Shown here: positions 9,984 to 20,000 of the stretch, piece after piece
How the letters are laid out: each line of letters starts with the position of its first letter
How positions within the stretch are numbered: position 1 is the stretch's first letter
Assembly (NCBI GenBank): GCA_001687465.1
Contig: LVLI01000080.1
Location: 178,449 to 198,448 of the forward strand
Direction of reading: 5' to 3'
DNA length: 20,000 nt
Source of the DNA: Halocafeteria seosinensis
Taxonomy: Eukaryota
Made by a program: the position numbers and the translations under genes
The notes under the pieces: generated by a model
Databases searched by the model: none
What the model saw: the letters and a program-made list of their open reading frames with translations, nothing else
Told to the model about the DNA's origin: nothing

Positions 9984-12578
9984 ATGTCGTATTTGCCGTT
10001 ACTTTACTACGGAACAGACGACCAGTCTGTCTCCCAGCAATACTCAGCTCATCAGGAGACAAATGGAGGGAATGAACGCGATAATCGGGATCTGCTATCC
10101 TCCATCGATCCCAGCTCGTCTTCCACGGGACGTGCTGCAAATTATGATGATTCCGAGGAGTATAAACATCAAGCTAGCAGCTCGAGGGAGGGATCATCTT
10201 CCTCCTCTCCCTATAAACGACCGACAGATGACTATTATGATGAACTGAGTGCAGAACTAGAGAAACTCACGGCTGGAGTTGGTCTCTTCCCAGAGAGCAG
10301 CAGTGCTCACTACGACAGACAAGAAGAGGGGGAAACCGGAGAATCCTTCTCAAGGACGGAGCAGAAGAACTCCATGCATGACAGCGCCAGCCCATCAGCG
10401 ACCAACGATCTCCATGGCGGCATCCGCGAGCATCGCTTTGGTTCTCATTCGTTGAACAGCTCAACCTCGGCAGCCACCGGGAGTTTACAAGAACTAGCTG
10501 CTGCTATGAAGAAACCTCCTCGTCGAGCACCACCGCCAACACCAAACTCGAAAAAGAAATCGAAAGAAACTCAGATATCGCAAGAGACTTCAACGCCAGC
10601 CTCAGGGAACTCTGCTTCGCAATCGCCTGCTGGGGACAAGGCAGGGAAGAGCCACTTTGTTGATCGCTATTATCATCCCGGCCGCTTCATCCGTGGAGAC
10701 CAGGAGAGCACAAAGTCTCAGAAAAAGGATGTCAAGCAGAAGATAGATGGCTATAGTGGAACTAGGGAAGCTGCTGATTCAAAGGACAAGGAGTCCGGAC
10801 TGCAACAGGTCCTCCACAGGAACGCGAAGAGCAGTCCCCGCGGGTCTGAGCGAAAGCACAATCAAGAATTAGCCGTTCAAGAACTAGGAACTGCTGCGCG
10901 CCAAGGTGGTGATCAGATCGTACCGATATCTACGGAATTCTCGACTGAAGGAGTTACAACGGTAAATGACTCCGGGAAGAGGGAAACAACTGTGCCCTCA
11001 AGGCAGGTGCGAGTGCGTCCGCCACCGGAAATAACGCAACTTGCTACGGCGGCACGTAGTAACCAGCGGAAGAAAACTGGCGCGAGCGAACGAGCGGGAA
11101 GAAGAAGCCGATCAGTTGAACCTAGAGATAGACGAGGAACAAGTACCCGTCGCCGAAAGAGCTTGACATCTCGAATTCAGCATGAAAGAGCGACACATAG
11201 TAACAGGAAAAGTTCCGTTGGTGGAGCAGATGTTTTGCGAAAACTGCTTGATGCAACTAAGGCAGAATTGAATAGATATAGGCAACAGTTGGGAGACAAG
11301 ACAGAAAATGCTCGGCTTGCTGAGGAGCGAGCTAATGCGTTGGAAAAACTGGTAAAAAATCTATCCTCGGGTACTCAGAGCAAGCTAACAGAAAACGAGG
11401 TTCAGCAGATAAGCCCCGACGCGCACCCAGTATCTGATTTGATTGGTCGGTACCCAGAGAGTGAAGGAAACGATGGGTCAGCACGGTCTCCGCCATACCA
11501 ACCATCTATTGATGCATCTGCGAACCTGAGCAATGAGCAAACGCGCTATCATAGTGCTCCAAGTGCGAAAAGTCCTGCGGAGGCTGCATCAACACAGAAG
11601 AGAGATGCAGAGGGAAGGATTGTCCCTTCTCAAACAAATGCACTCACGACTCAAAGCGGTAGCGTTCAGGCACCTATGAAGTCGCGGGAACTTTTAAGTG
11701 GTTCCGTTTCGTACGAGTCAGGTCCGTCCCCAATAAGCATCCAGAAGGAAATAAGGACATTTTCCCGTTCTAATAAGAGACGGCAACAAGAAACTGGGAA
11801 GTATACGAGTCTGGCTGAAAATCAAACAAGGCCCGCGCCCGGAATGATGAACCAGCCCAACTACAGCACAATCGTTGCAGCTTCATCCGGACAGCAGAAT
11901 TCCTCGCGAGCATATGACATCGTTAGCAATACTTCAGAAGCAATGAAGTATCTGTCAAGGAGAGATGTATCGCCAAAACAAGAAGAAAAAACATATTCAC
12001 GAGATTCTGTGGCAATCTTTCGACGCGTATATGGCGATGTCGACTCTGTATATCCAGGCGCGGCTTCCGCACAGTTCGAAGGAACGGATAGCACCGCCCG
12101 TAGTAAGAATGCGACTGTGTCCCGAAATGGTGGTGAGAGTGATAATATGCTCAATGAAGGATCCCGGAGAGCTCCAACTAACATTCCACTGAATGTACAT
12201 CTCGACAAGACGAGTCAAGGAGTAACACCGTTTCCACGAGTAGACGACGAAGAACAGAGACCTACTTTGACTCTGGCAAATAGGCAGCAAAATTTACAGA
12301 CTAACAAGGAAAGATTCCTGGAAATTGCTGGGAGACTCTCGCCGTCAACACCTGCCAGCAGTCGTCCAGCGTCTAGTGATAGAACTGGAAGCAGTAGAAG
12401 CACTGGTAGAGGACGAAGACATCGTTCAGCCAGTCCACGGCAGCCGTCTCCCATGGCACAACAAGCTTCTTACTCGTTCCACACACAGGACCCGGAATTG
12501 TACAACCTACTACCGGAGAAGGAATACAGAGCCTTGTGTGCTATGGCGCGCAGTGCTTGGTCTAGTAGTAAGAGATAA
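9984..12578 (+). CDS. Hypothetical 864-aa protein, mostly disordered (S/Q/R-rich), with a central coiled coil
   Basis: 2.6-kb single-exon ORF with start context cacaATG. It has a Pro-rich KKPPRRAPPPTP motif, a heptad segment DVLRKLLDATKAELNRYRQQLGDKTENARLAEERANALEKLVKNL and a short helical C-terminus. No family recognised. Confidence 0.8.
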   Translation: MSYLPLLYYGTDDQSVSQQYSAHQETNGGNERDNRDLLSSIDPSSSSTGRAANYDDSEEYKHQASSSREGSSSSSPYKRPTDDYYDELSAELEKLTAGVGLFPESSSAHYDRQEEGETGESFSRTEQKNSMHDSASPSATNDLHGGIREHRFGSHSLNSSTSAATGSLQELAAAMKKPPRRAPPPTPNSKKKSKETQISQETSTPASGNSASQSPAGDKAGKSHFVDRYYHPGRFIRGDQESTKSQKKDVKQKIDGYSGTREAADSKDKESGLQQVLHRNAKSSPRGSERKHNQELAVQELGTAARQGGDQIVPISTEFSTEGVTTVNDSGKRETTVPSRQVRVRPPPEITQLATAARSNQRKKTGASERAGRRSRSVEPRDRRGTSTRRRKSLTSRIQHERATHSNRKSSVGGADVLRKLLDATKAELNRYRQQLGDKTENARLAEERANALEKLVKNLSSGTQSKLTENEVQQISPDAHPVSDLIGRYPESEGNDGSARSPPYQPSIDASANLSNEQTRYHSAPSAKSPAEAASTQKRDAEGRIVPSQTNALTTQSGSVQAPMKSRELLSGSVSYESGPSPISIQKEIRTFSRSNKRRQQETGKYTSLAENQTRPAPGMMNQPNYSTIVAASSGQQNSSRAYDIVSNTSEAMKYLSRRDVSPKQEEKTYSRDSVAIFRRVYGDVDSVYPGAASAQFEGTDSTARSKNATVSRNGGESDNMLNEGSRRAPTNIPLNVHLDKTSQGVTPFPRVDDEEQRPTLTLANRQQNLQTNKERFLEIAGRLSPSTPASSRPASSDRTGSSRSTGRGRRHRSASPRQPSPMAQQASYSFHTQDPELYNLLPEKEYRALCAMARSAWSSSKR

Positions 12579-12610
12579 ACTGATTCTATGGGGACACTTG
12601 TTGCATTTCA

Positions 12611-15600
12611 TTAGACATGGAAAATGTCCTTGCACACCTGTGAAGCCACAGAGTAAACTATGTTGGGAGCCATGGGAGAAATTGGTACAGATTCTTCCTC
12701 TGTGTAAAAGCGATGAACTGCTTGTGTCAGCACCCCATTGAAAAGTCGATCCAGGGTCTCCTGTCTCTCCTTGGGTAGTTGCCAATATTCAGTACAGGCA
12801 AAATGCAGAGTAGCAATATCAACCTGCACCTGTTGAATCCCATAGTTGCTTAGGAAGTTACCGTTTAAGCAGCCTTCGAATGTTAATAGAGCGTGACGCA
12901 TGATTATCGTGGTTAATACATTCAAGTCAAATGGATACTGGGACACGAGCTGTTGCAGACTAACATCCGTACTACCGTTTCCTCCTTTGTCGGACGCTAG
13001 CATACGTTCAATGTTCTTCTCAAAGTCCATAGCGCTGTCGTCACCAAACTTCCCCGTGAAGCTGTTTCCACGGGGTTTCTTGACCCACTTCGATAACTCT
13101 CCACCAACCCCTCCACTCAATCCCAGCATGGCCTTCCTATCCGGAACGGCGGACGACTTCCTCCTGTTAGTGGAAGGAGGCAGCGAATTAGAGTGTCCTG
13201 ACACGCCGGCAATTATCTGCCGCGCTTCAATGATTTCTTGTAAGCATAGGCGTACCGCAAGTTGGCAACTGCGGGGCTCGCTGATATGCGCCCAATCCAC
13301 AGTTCTTACCCCGTGGCGCAGAGTAGCGCTCACTTTATCACAGTGCTTTTTGAGGAAGGTAGAAATTAGGTAGGAGGAGCCAATGTAGGCCCTCTTACTG
13401 AGGCTGCTTGTATCAGCTTGGCCCGACAAGCCACCAAATTCGGGACCCTCGCTACCAATCAGAGAGTCCAATTCTTTTCCGTTCGGTAGTGCATTCTGGA
13501 GATACCCCACAGCGTCCTTGACACCTTTGTCGCCCAGATGCTTGCACAACACCGAAAGTACAAGTATACTTCCCTCTGGAACGTCTTTGGTCCACTCGGG
13601 TAAATACACCATGTTACGGCGTCTCATACCCCAAACCGATTGGCCGTCATAGGCGTCATCCTCAGCTTCAACCGATTCACTTAGATCAGTCAATATGTTT
13701 TCACTTCCTGCCCGCGCAGGATGAAACGGATCGCCAAACGCCTCACAGGCAGAGCAGATCCACAAAAGGATCTGTTTTGTTTGGCCTTGTGCCAGCACGA
13801 CAAATTCCTGTGCTATATCTGGAAGCAAGTACATCCCTCCACGTACAAGAGGCTTCGTGCTACCCAGGATATATTTAATATCCTCCAAAATAGATCCATA
13901 GTTTTCTCCTGCCTTTTGGCGCAATACTCTACCAAATCTAACACGCCAATGGGAAGATTGCTCGGATGCTTCTCCATGACTCCCAGACGTTGTACGCCGC
14001 CTCTGTTCTGACGTCTCCGACTCTGTTTCTATGGTTTTCATGTATTGCGGACCGCTGAAGCCAATCAAGCGTTCAATGAGTGTACCGCGGCAACGGGCAA
14101 ACAAAACGTTAATCTGATGCCTCAGTACTTTTTCAGCTAACTCCGTGCCTCTATCAACGAGTTGCTTTATTGGAAGACTCGAACGAACACGTCTTATATC
14201 ATTTAGTAGAAGCTCCAATGCGCTCATTAATGACCGATAGGAGGACAGCTGTTCCCTATTATTAGTATTTTTTTCATCTTCATCTTCGTCATCAGAGAAA
14301 TCGTTGAGAGGCTGCTCTTCTTCCTTTTCCATGGTGGCGTCAGAAGCGTCCTGGTCTTCGGACTGGGTTGCAGTAGTTTTAGCCGGATGCCTCAGCATTG
14401 GAACGCACACTTCAACTGGGGGCAACGACAGATGCTGCTTGAGTTTAGTTAAATATGCATTAAGCAGCTCTTGGCATACAGAGTTCACAGTCAAATCCTT
14501 CTGCTCCTCTCCCTGTTCTACAACGTCGTCCCCGAATAAAGACTCAAACTTCCGAACAGCCTCAACGAGGGAATCTAAAAAATGGTAGTTCAGTTGCCGA
14601 ACGAAATCATAGGAATCTTCGAAGAGGTACTTATGGCTTATGTTAGCCTGCAAAATATCCTCAGGTATAACGTTTCTAAGCTCTTCGTCTTCGTCCATCG
14701 AAAGGAGCTTGTCTGAGGTCCCATGCTGTTGTTGTAGTGAATTACGAGCGTTTTCTTGGTACGACGCGACGAAGCGATCCAAAACTCCCAATAGATGTTG
14801 ACGCTGCCAAGTTAAAAACAAACCTCGCAAATTGCTGTGGGGTTCCTTCAGTTGTACCAACAACTGGATGGCCTCTATCACATCGCTAATCGCCTTTTGT
14901 GAAGAGTTTGCCTTGTCGGCGCTCTCGATCTGGTTACGCAGTTGAACTTTTAGGTCTTCAATAGTTTTCGAAGCCTCAACGTAGATCTGATGAAGAGACG
15001 GTACATGGCTATACCTGCGAAGGACGTCGGCAGCTACGTTGTAGGAACGCACAGCTTGCGACAACGCATTAAGTTCGATGCAACGTTTTAATCTGACAGG
15101 AAGATCGAACAAAAACTCCAGCCTTTGGAGTAGTCTTCGAACTCCTATCAGCTGCTCAGTTTTGCCAATGTTTGGTCCCAGCTTTTCGTTTAAGGAATCA
15201 TTCTTGTTCTTCAGTTCTGACATGTGCGAATTGAGATGCTCCATTTCGCTTTCAATTTCACCAACGCTATGTCTCATTTCCCGGATGGTATCTGTTGCAC
15301 CAATAAACTTATTGTAGTTCTCATACACTAGATTTTGCATGTTTGCGTCCAACGATTTCGTGTCCATGGCCAGTTTTTCGTCGTATGCGGCGAGTTCTGG
15401 TAGACTCTTCGAGGAGAGTTGTTCTCTTAAAAACGCTGTTGGATCGAATGCCGGCTTATCAATGTTAAGGGCTTGGCTGGACGAATGACGTGTCTGCTGC
15501 CGATGCGCTTTGCTTGGATAATGCTGTTGACTTCCCGTCTCTTGGTCTGTATCTGTATATCCTTCTTCCTCTCCCCATTGCTCCTCGGACTGGTCCTCTT

Positions 15601-15767
15601 CTTCCTCTTCCTCATCATCGTCCAGATCTCCATAGTAGCTGTTAAGGAGCTCTCGCATCCTGTATATGAAGCAGCAAAGCGTAATGGGTGCTGTATAGGG
15701 GTAAACGGGCCTCATTTGGAAGACATTAGACGTACCTGTCCAGCTCTGCGGCGGACCCCGCGGCCAT
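12611..15767 (-). CDS. VPS51: Vacuolar protein sorting 51 (GARP/EARP complex subunit, Ang2), about 1026 aa, 2 exons
   Basis: Exon 1 is 15767-15736 (gcaaaATG, MAAGSAAELDR), the intron is 15735-15660 (gtacgt..tacag) and exon 2 is 15659-12611. It has the N-terminal LLNSYYG motif, the Vps51 domain (NIDKPAFDP...LDANMQNLVYENYNKFIGATDTIREM), LQRLEFLFDLPVRLKRCI and the C-terminal YGIQQVQVD. Confidence 0.93.
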
Positions 15768-16069
15768 TTTGCTTCTTCGTACGGCGTTCTCGCACACTAT
15801 TCGTGCAATATGAACAGTCGCCAGCACATTGGGCAGTAGAGCAAATAAGATATGTATGTATGAGCCAACACTTCGGTCATCCATTGCGCAAAAACAGCTG
15901 TATGCATAATGCATGCCGCAAAAAACTAATAGCACAAAAGATTGTCATGTCATAACTTCAACTTCGGACCGTCTGGTAGTTCATTACCCAGCTTGTATTG
16001 CCTGATGATACCACAGTATATGGGTGGGTCTCATGGTATCCCGATAGGAGGAAAGCCACATCTGGCGAG

Positions 16070-17997
16070 ATGTCGTCGTTTGGGAATGGCTCGATACCGA
16101 GTGGAGGAGGTGGAAGTGCTGAGCCATTCGCACCAACAACCACCAGTCACAATAAAGTACAAGACGTTCTCCTGACTGTCTCCGGTATAATTTCGTTTCT
16201 GGGAGGGGCTACAATTATTCTCTACACCTTGAACGTCTACGGCCACCGTTTACTACTGATCAGAAAACTACTCATTTACATCAGTACCTGCGACATCATC
16301 TGCTCGGCCGCATGGGTCTACGCTGGCCATATGACAGTCACGATGGATAGTATATCAAACGCTTGCATCGCGCAGGGCTATGTTTTACAGTTCTTCTTCC
16401 TCGCCTCGTTTTTGTGGACGGCCTGTTTAGCGAGGCATTTACACCTAATATTTGTGAAGGAACGCTCGGTGGAAGACATGAACGTAAGTGCCACTTGACT
16501 ACAGTGGCAGCCTGTTCACTCTCGTTATCCGTGTGTTTAATAAATTGCTTCCAGAGGCGAGAGCGATATTATCATATGATTTCGTGGGGTTTACCAGCGT
16601 TCTCGTTAGTTTATTTGGGAGTCAAAGCAGGTCTTGGACACAGGAGTATCGGGTTAGATGAACGACCTTGGTGTTGGATTTCTTCCACCCACAAAGATAC
16701 TGCTTGGGCGATATCCGGAGCAGTGGAGCAGTTTGTTCTCTTTTTCCTTCCTTTAGTAATCGTCTTGGCACACAACACTTACGTGACCGTGAAAATTTTT
16801 AGCAGCTTACCGCGAATGCAGCGGGAGGGATTATATCAATTTCAAATGAATGGGTTTACTACTACAAATGCAGAAAACTTGGTGGCTAAGCTCTCTAAAG
16901 CTCACTCTAGGATAAGATTTCGATTGGCATTGTTTCTTTTCGTTTTTCTGCTTGTGGTCCTTCCGGGATTAATCAACCGTATATATCAGATATTTTCAGA
17001 TGGACACCACCCGCAACCTACGCTAGTTTACTTGGAGGCATTTTTGTTTCCTTCGCAAGGATTTTTTAATCTTCTTGTCTATGGGATATCCGCTCGTACG
17101 CTCTCCAGGATACTTGATTGCTTTTGTCAATGCTTATATTGTATACTTCCAGAGGCGTGTTTTAAAAGGTGCGCTTCATGTTATCATCGCCCGGAGTATA
17201 CCACCCAGAAAAAACTGACAGGGGAGGATCTTCTTGGAGACTCCTTTGGTAACATGTCAGGGCCTGAAAATGATGAACTGTTTGATTTTGAATTTGCATA
17301 TGGAAAGTTGAATAGCAATCTGCTTGCGTACTACGAGGATCACAATAAGAACGGCGAACTCGTTGCTCACGACCCTCAGAGGTTTGCCAACTTAAATGAG
17401 GAATCGCTTTTTTCAACCGAAGACGGAGGTGAAAACGAAGATCTGGTTACACAAGAAGATGCCCTGGCAGAAGGTAGATCGCTATTAGTCCCGAACGTGG
17501 GCATCAACAAAACCGAAAGCCGCTCTTCCCGATACGCCCGGAGTAACCCTCACGCGTTTTGGCTGACTGGAAAACCAGTCGGGCAAAGAGCCATATCCAC
17601 TGAAAATAAGAGAATTAGACGTCATAGAGAAGAAATGAAAGAGGATGGCGAGGTGTCGATGGTCAGTCTAGACGCGAAGTCGCATTCGCGTGCTGGGAGA
17701 AACCAAAGGGGCACCTTTAAGCCTGCGAGTTTGTTTCCCTCTTCCACGAAGACTGAGAAAACCAGCATAACGAACAAGACAAAATCAAACAGGGGGATAT
17801 TCTCCTTATTTTCAAAGAAAAATAAGAAACAGCCTCGCCGTGAGAGCGCTCACAGCAACTTGAGCGATTCAGATCGATCAAGAGGGTCAGGAAGATCAGA
17901 GGCTCTTTCCTCGATAATGGATGCTCCCGTTAATGTAGACGATTACTTGGAGGAAAGACAAAGTCGAGGCAGTGCTGATTATTATGACAGGTTTTGA
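16070..17997 (+). CDS. Seven-transmembrane GPCR, Dictyostelium cAMP receptor / Crl / plant GCR1-like, about 618 aa, 2 exons
   Basis: Exon 1 is 16070-16483, the intron is 16484-16554 (gtaagt..ccag) and exon 2 is 16555-17997 in phase. There are seven hydrophobic segments with family motifs SFLG, LLIYISTCD, CIAQGYVLQFFFLASFLWT, YHMISWGLP, WCWI, PGLINRI and PSQGFFNLLVYG. An NGS sequon lies near the N-terminus. Confidence 0.9.
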
Positions 17998-18053
17998 AAC
18001 CTAACTAATACATATAAACTTGTGCTGCATACCTAATGTGCGATAATGTGCGT

Positions 18054-18798
18054 CTATTTTTTCTTCTTCTTTTCACCTAGGTCCGGTGGTGGTTGTGACG
18101 CTTCGGCGATAACTCGTTGGACAAAGGCTACGTAATCGACTTCTCCCGCGTCATCGGGGTCAGCATACTGCAGCAGAGGGTTCTATGAACACTGTACGTG
18201 TCGGTGATTCTTCTACAGTCTCACTTACCTGCATTAGGTGCTCCACCATGCCCGGATTCATCGGTTCATCTCCAAGCTTTCCTAATATTTCACGGCACTT
18301 AGCTAGGGTAACGTATCCCCTATTTTCTGGATCAAATTTCTTAAACGCTGCAATTGCTGCGTCCTGTGAGTATTCATCTCCTTTTATTCGAGCTAGAACC
18401 TTAAGCCAGCCTGTGTAGTCAATCCGCCCATCCTCTTCCACTGCACTTCCATAGCCTTTTACCTCCTTCTGCAAGCACTCAGACTTTGATCGCGCGGACT
18501 GATGGCATCAACTACATGAAATACATACCACTGTGGGGTAAAATCCAAGAGCTCGAAGACAAGCCCCTAACTCGCTAGTAGCAATGTAACCCGTGGATGC
18601 TGTATCGAATCTCTCAAAGACCTTCTTCCCCCTTTGGATAATTTCCTCATCCAGTGTTTCATTTGGTTCCGGCCATTCTACAAACGAGAGTTCTGGCTTA
18701 ACATATTCCTTATTTGCCAAGTTCAAGAGATGCTCCAAGTACTCCTCTGAGCCACCTCCTCCACTCTTGGCTCCGCTCCTCGAGCTTTTCGGCGGCAT
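18054..18798 (-). CDS. Calmodulin-like four-EF-hand protein (myosin light chain / DRC8-like), about 207 aa, 3 exons
   Basis: Exons (-): 18798-18529, 18468-18229, 18167-18054, with GT-AG introns of 60 and 61 nt in phase 0. Motifs: VFERFDTASTGYIATSELGACLRALGFYPT, GRIDY, AFKKFDPENRGYV, ADPDDAGEVDYVAFV. It ends in EKKKKK*. Confidence 0.88.
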
Positions 18799-19485
18799 AA
18801 TCGCGGCTTCAAATATCGAGTGCAAGGACTGCTTGAGGCAAGATTGACGTAAAATGCCTTCGTAATGAACTGGAGCAAAGTTTGTCAACACCCGTTAAGG
18901 AGGCCCAGTAAGAACTATATTAATGACACACGTCAAAACACGACTACCACACGGAGAACGAACTGCCAATTCATCGTGCATTGCTTGGTGCGCACTGCGC
19001 ACTGCGATTCGCCCTGAACTACAGTTATGATCCTGGAGGGCCGAGCCTCCTGGAGGTTCCTTCAAGGACCTCCGTGACTGTGAAGTTCAACTGTTCAAAA
19101 AAATTTTTGGGTAGTTTCTATACCGTAGTACCAGAGAGTATAATTTATGGCCTACCGGTTGAATCTTCAAATGGACCACGAATACATTCATGCACCGTGA
19201 AGACAGACAAGACTACAGTACCACCTATCCATATTGGCTACCCAACAGCTCGAATCTCCACAAAAAGAGTTCAGAGTGCGTCACAACCATCAAGTCTACC
19301 CTTACTGTAGTCAGTGTGTAGTCCAATTCCGTTCATCAGAATTCTTACCGAAGCTTCCCATGTGGGTTAAGTAATGGTGAATGTCTGTCAGTAATAGTTT
19401 CTCCGTCCGTTCATGTTACAAACACGGGGCGGGTGCCGAGAGGTCCGGAAATACAGCGTCAGCGGCCGCGCGAAAACGCGCCAGA

Positions 19486-19714
19486 AGTAGCCTACAATAT
19501 TTTGAATGTTACAGTTGACATGACGAAGTGAAAGAGGTTGGTGGCAGTAGCCTATTTTCAGTGTTATAGTTGACATGACGTAGTGAAAGAGGTTGGTGGC
19601 AGTAGCCTAGTTTTAGTGTGACAGTTGACATGACGAAGTGACAGAGGTTGGTGGCAGTAGCCTATTTTTAGTGTGACAGTTGACATGACGAAGTGAAAGA
19701 GGTTGGTGGCTACT
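19486..19714. mobile_element. Putative non-autonomous, MITE-like element enclosing the 55-bp array
   Basis: The left end AGTAGCC (19486-19492) and right end GGCTACT (19708-19714) are reverse complements. CAGA lies directly outside both ends (19482-19485 and 19715-19718). Confidence 0.45.
19507..19710. repeat. Tandem repeat with a 55-bp unit, about 3.7 copies
   Basis: The unit tgt(t/g)acagttgacatgacgaagtgaaagaggttggtggcagtagcctatttt(c/t)ag starts at 19507, 19562, 19617 and 19672, with only a few substitutions between copies. Confidence 0.97.
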
Positions 19715-20000
19715 CAGAATAGGAACCGGTATTTTTTTGTCTTTTTTTTTTTTTCTCGAACCCTCAGATGGTTAAGGAAGAAAACGGTCACCTCGTACCG
19801 GTATACCTTGGACTTACTCGTCTTCGTGGCTTCAGAAAGACCTGGGTAGTTGCACCTTCTTCGATCTCGAGCAGGAGATGTACTTTAATCTGGGCTATGA
19901 TGACGAAAATGAGGTGGACGGAATTTCTGGGGAGCCCCCTCCCGCGTCAGGTGGAGGCTTGTCATTGGTCACAACTGTTGCGTCGGGAACAACACTTCAT

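Noticed and set aside
12900..15317. ORFs antisense to VPS51 (and similar ones opposite FAH and the 903-aa and 864-aa genes)
   Set aside because: These are shadow ORFs of the real coding strands with no protein-family features.
15660..15715. ORF-track start of VPS51 (MRPVYPY...)
   Set aside because: It lies inside a canonical 76-nt intron; the better-supported start is at 15767.
7446..17997. Functional cluster linking the depalmitoylase, Cys-rich GPCR, VPS51 and EF-hand protein
   Set aside because: The genes have mixed orientations and unrelated housekeeping roles. Adjacency in a compact eukaryotic genome is not evidence of a system without conserved synteny.
18981..19310. 109-aa + strand ORF
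   Set aside because: It has a non-ATG start, no in-frame Met and no recognisable domain.
19507..19710. CRISPR array
   Set aside because: The units are near-identical over their full 55 bp with no unique spacers. There are no cas genes and the context is eukaryotic.

Overview
Gene-dense eukaryotic, probably protist, DNA with short GT-AG introns (mostly 60-78 nt). No prokaryotic, CRISPR, rRNA or tRNA signal was found. Manual splicing gives, in order: the 3' end of a PH-domain gene (+), fumarylacetoacetase (5 exons, -), ADF/cofilin (ATG-only first coding exon, +), a large unknown helical protein (+), a decayed duplicate of the terminal exon of an acyl-protein thioesterase followed by the intact APT/LYPLA gene (-), a long disordered coiled-coil protein (+), Vps51 (-), a cAR/GCR1-like GPCR (+) and a calmodulin-like EF-hand protein (-). 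The most unusual non-genic item is a 229-bp element at 19486-19714, made of 55-bp tandem repeats bounded by 7-bp inverted termini (AGTAGCC/GGCTACT) and a 4-bp direct repeat (CAGA), which resembles a MITE. There is also a possible fold-back element at 9445-9603. I see no convincing multi-gene novel system; the findings are local oddities.
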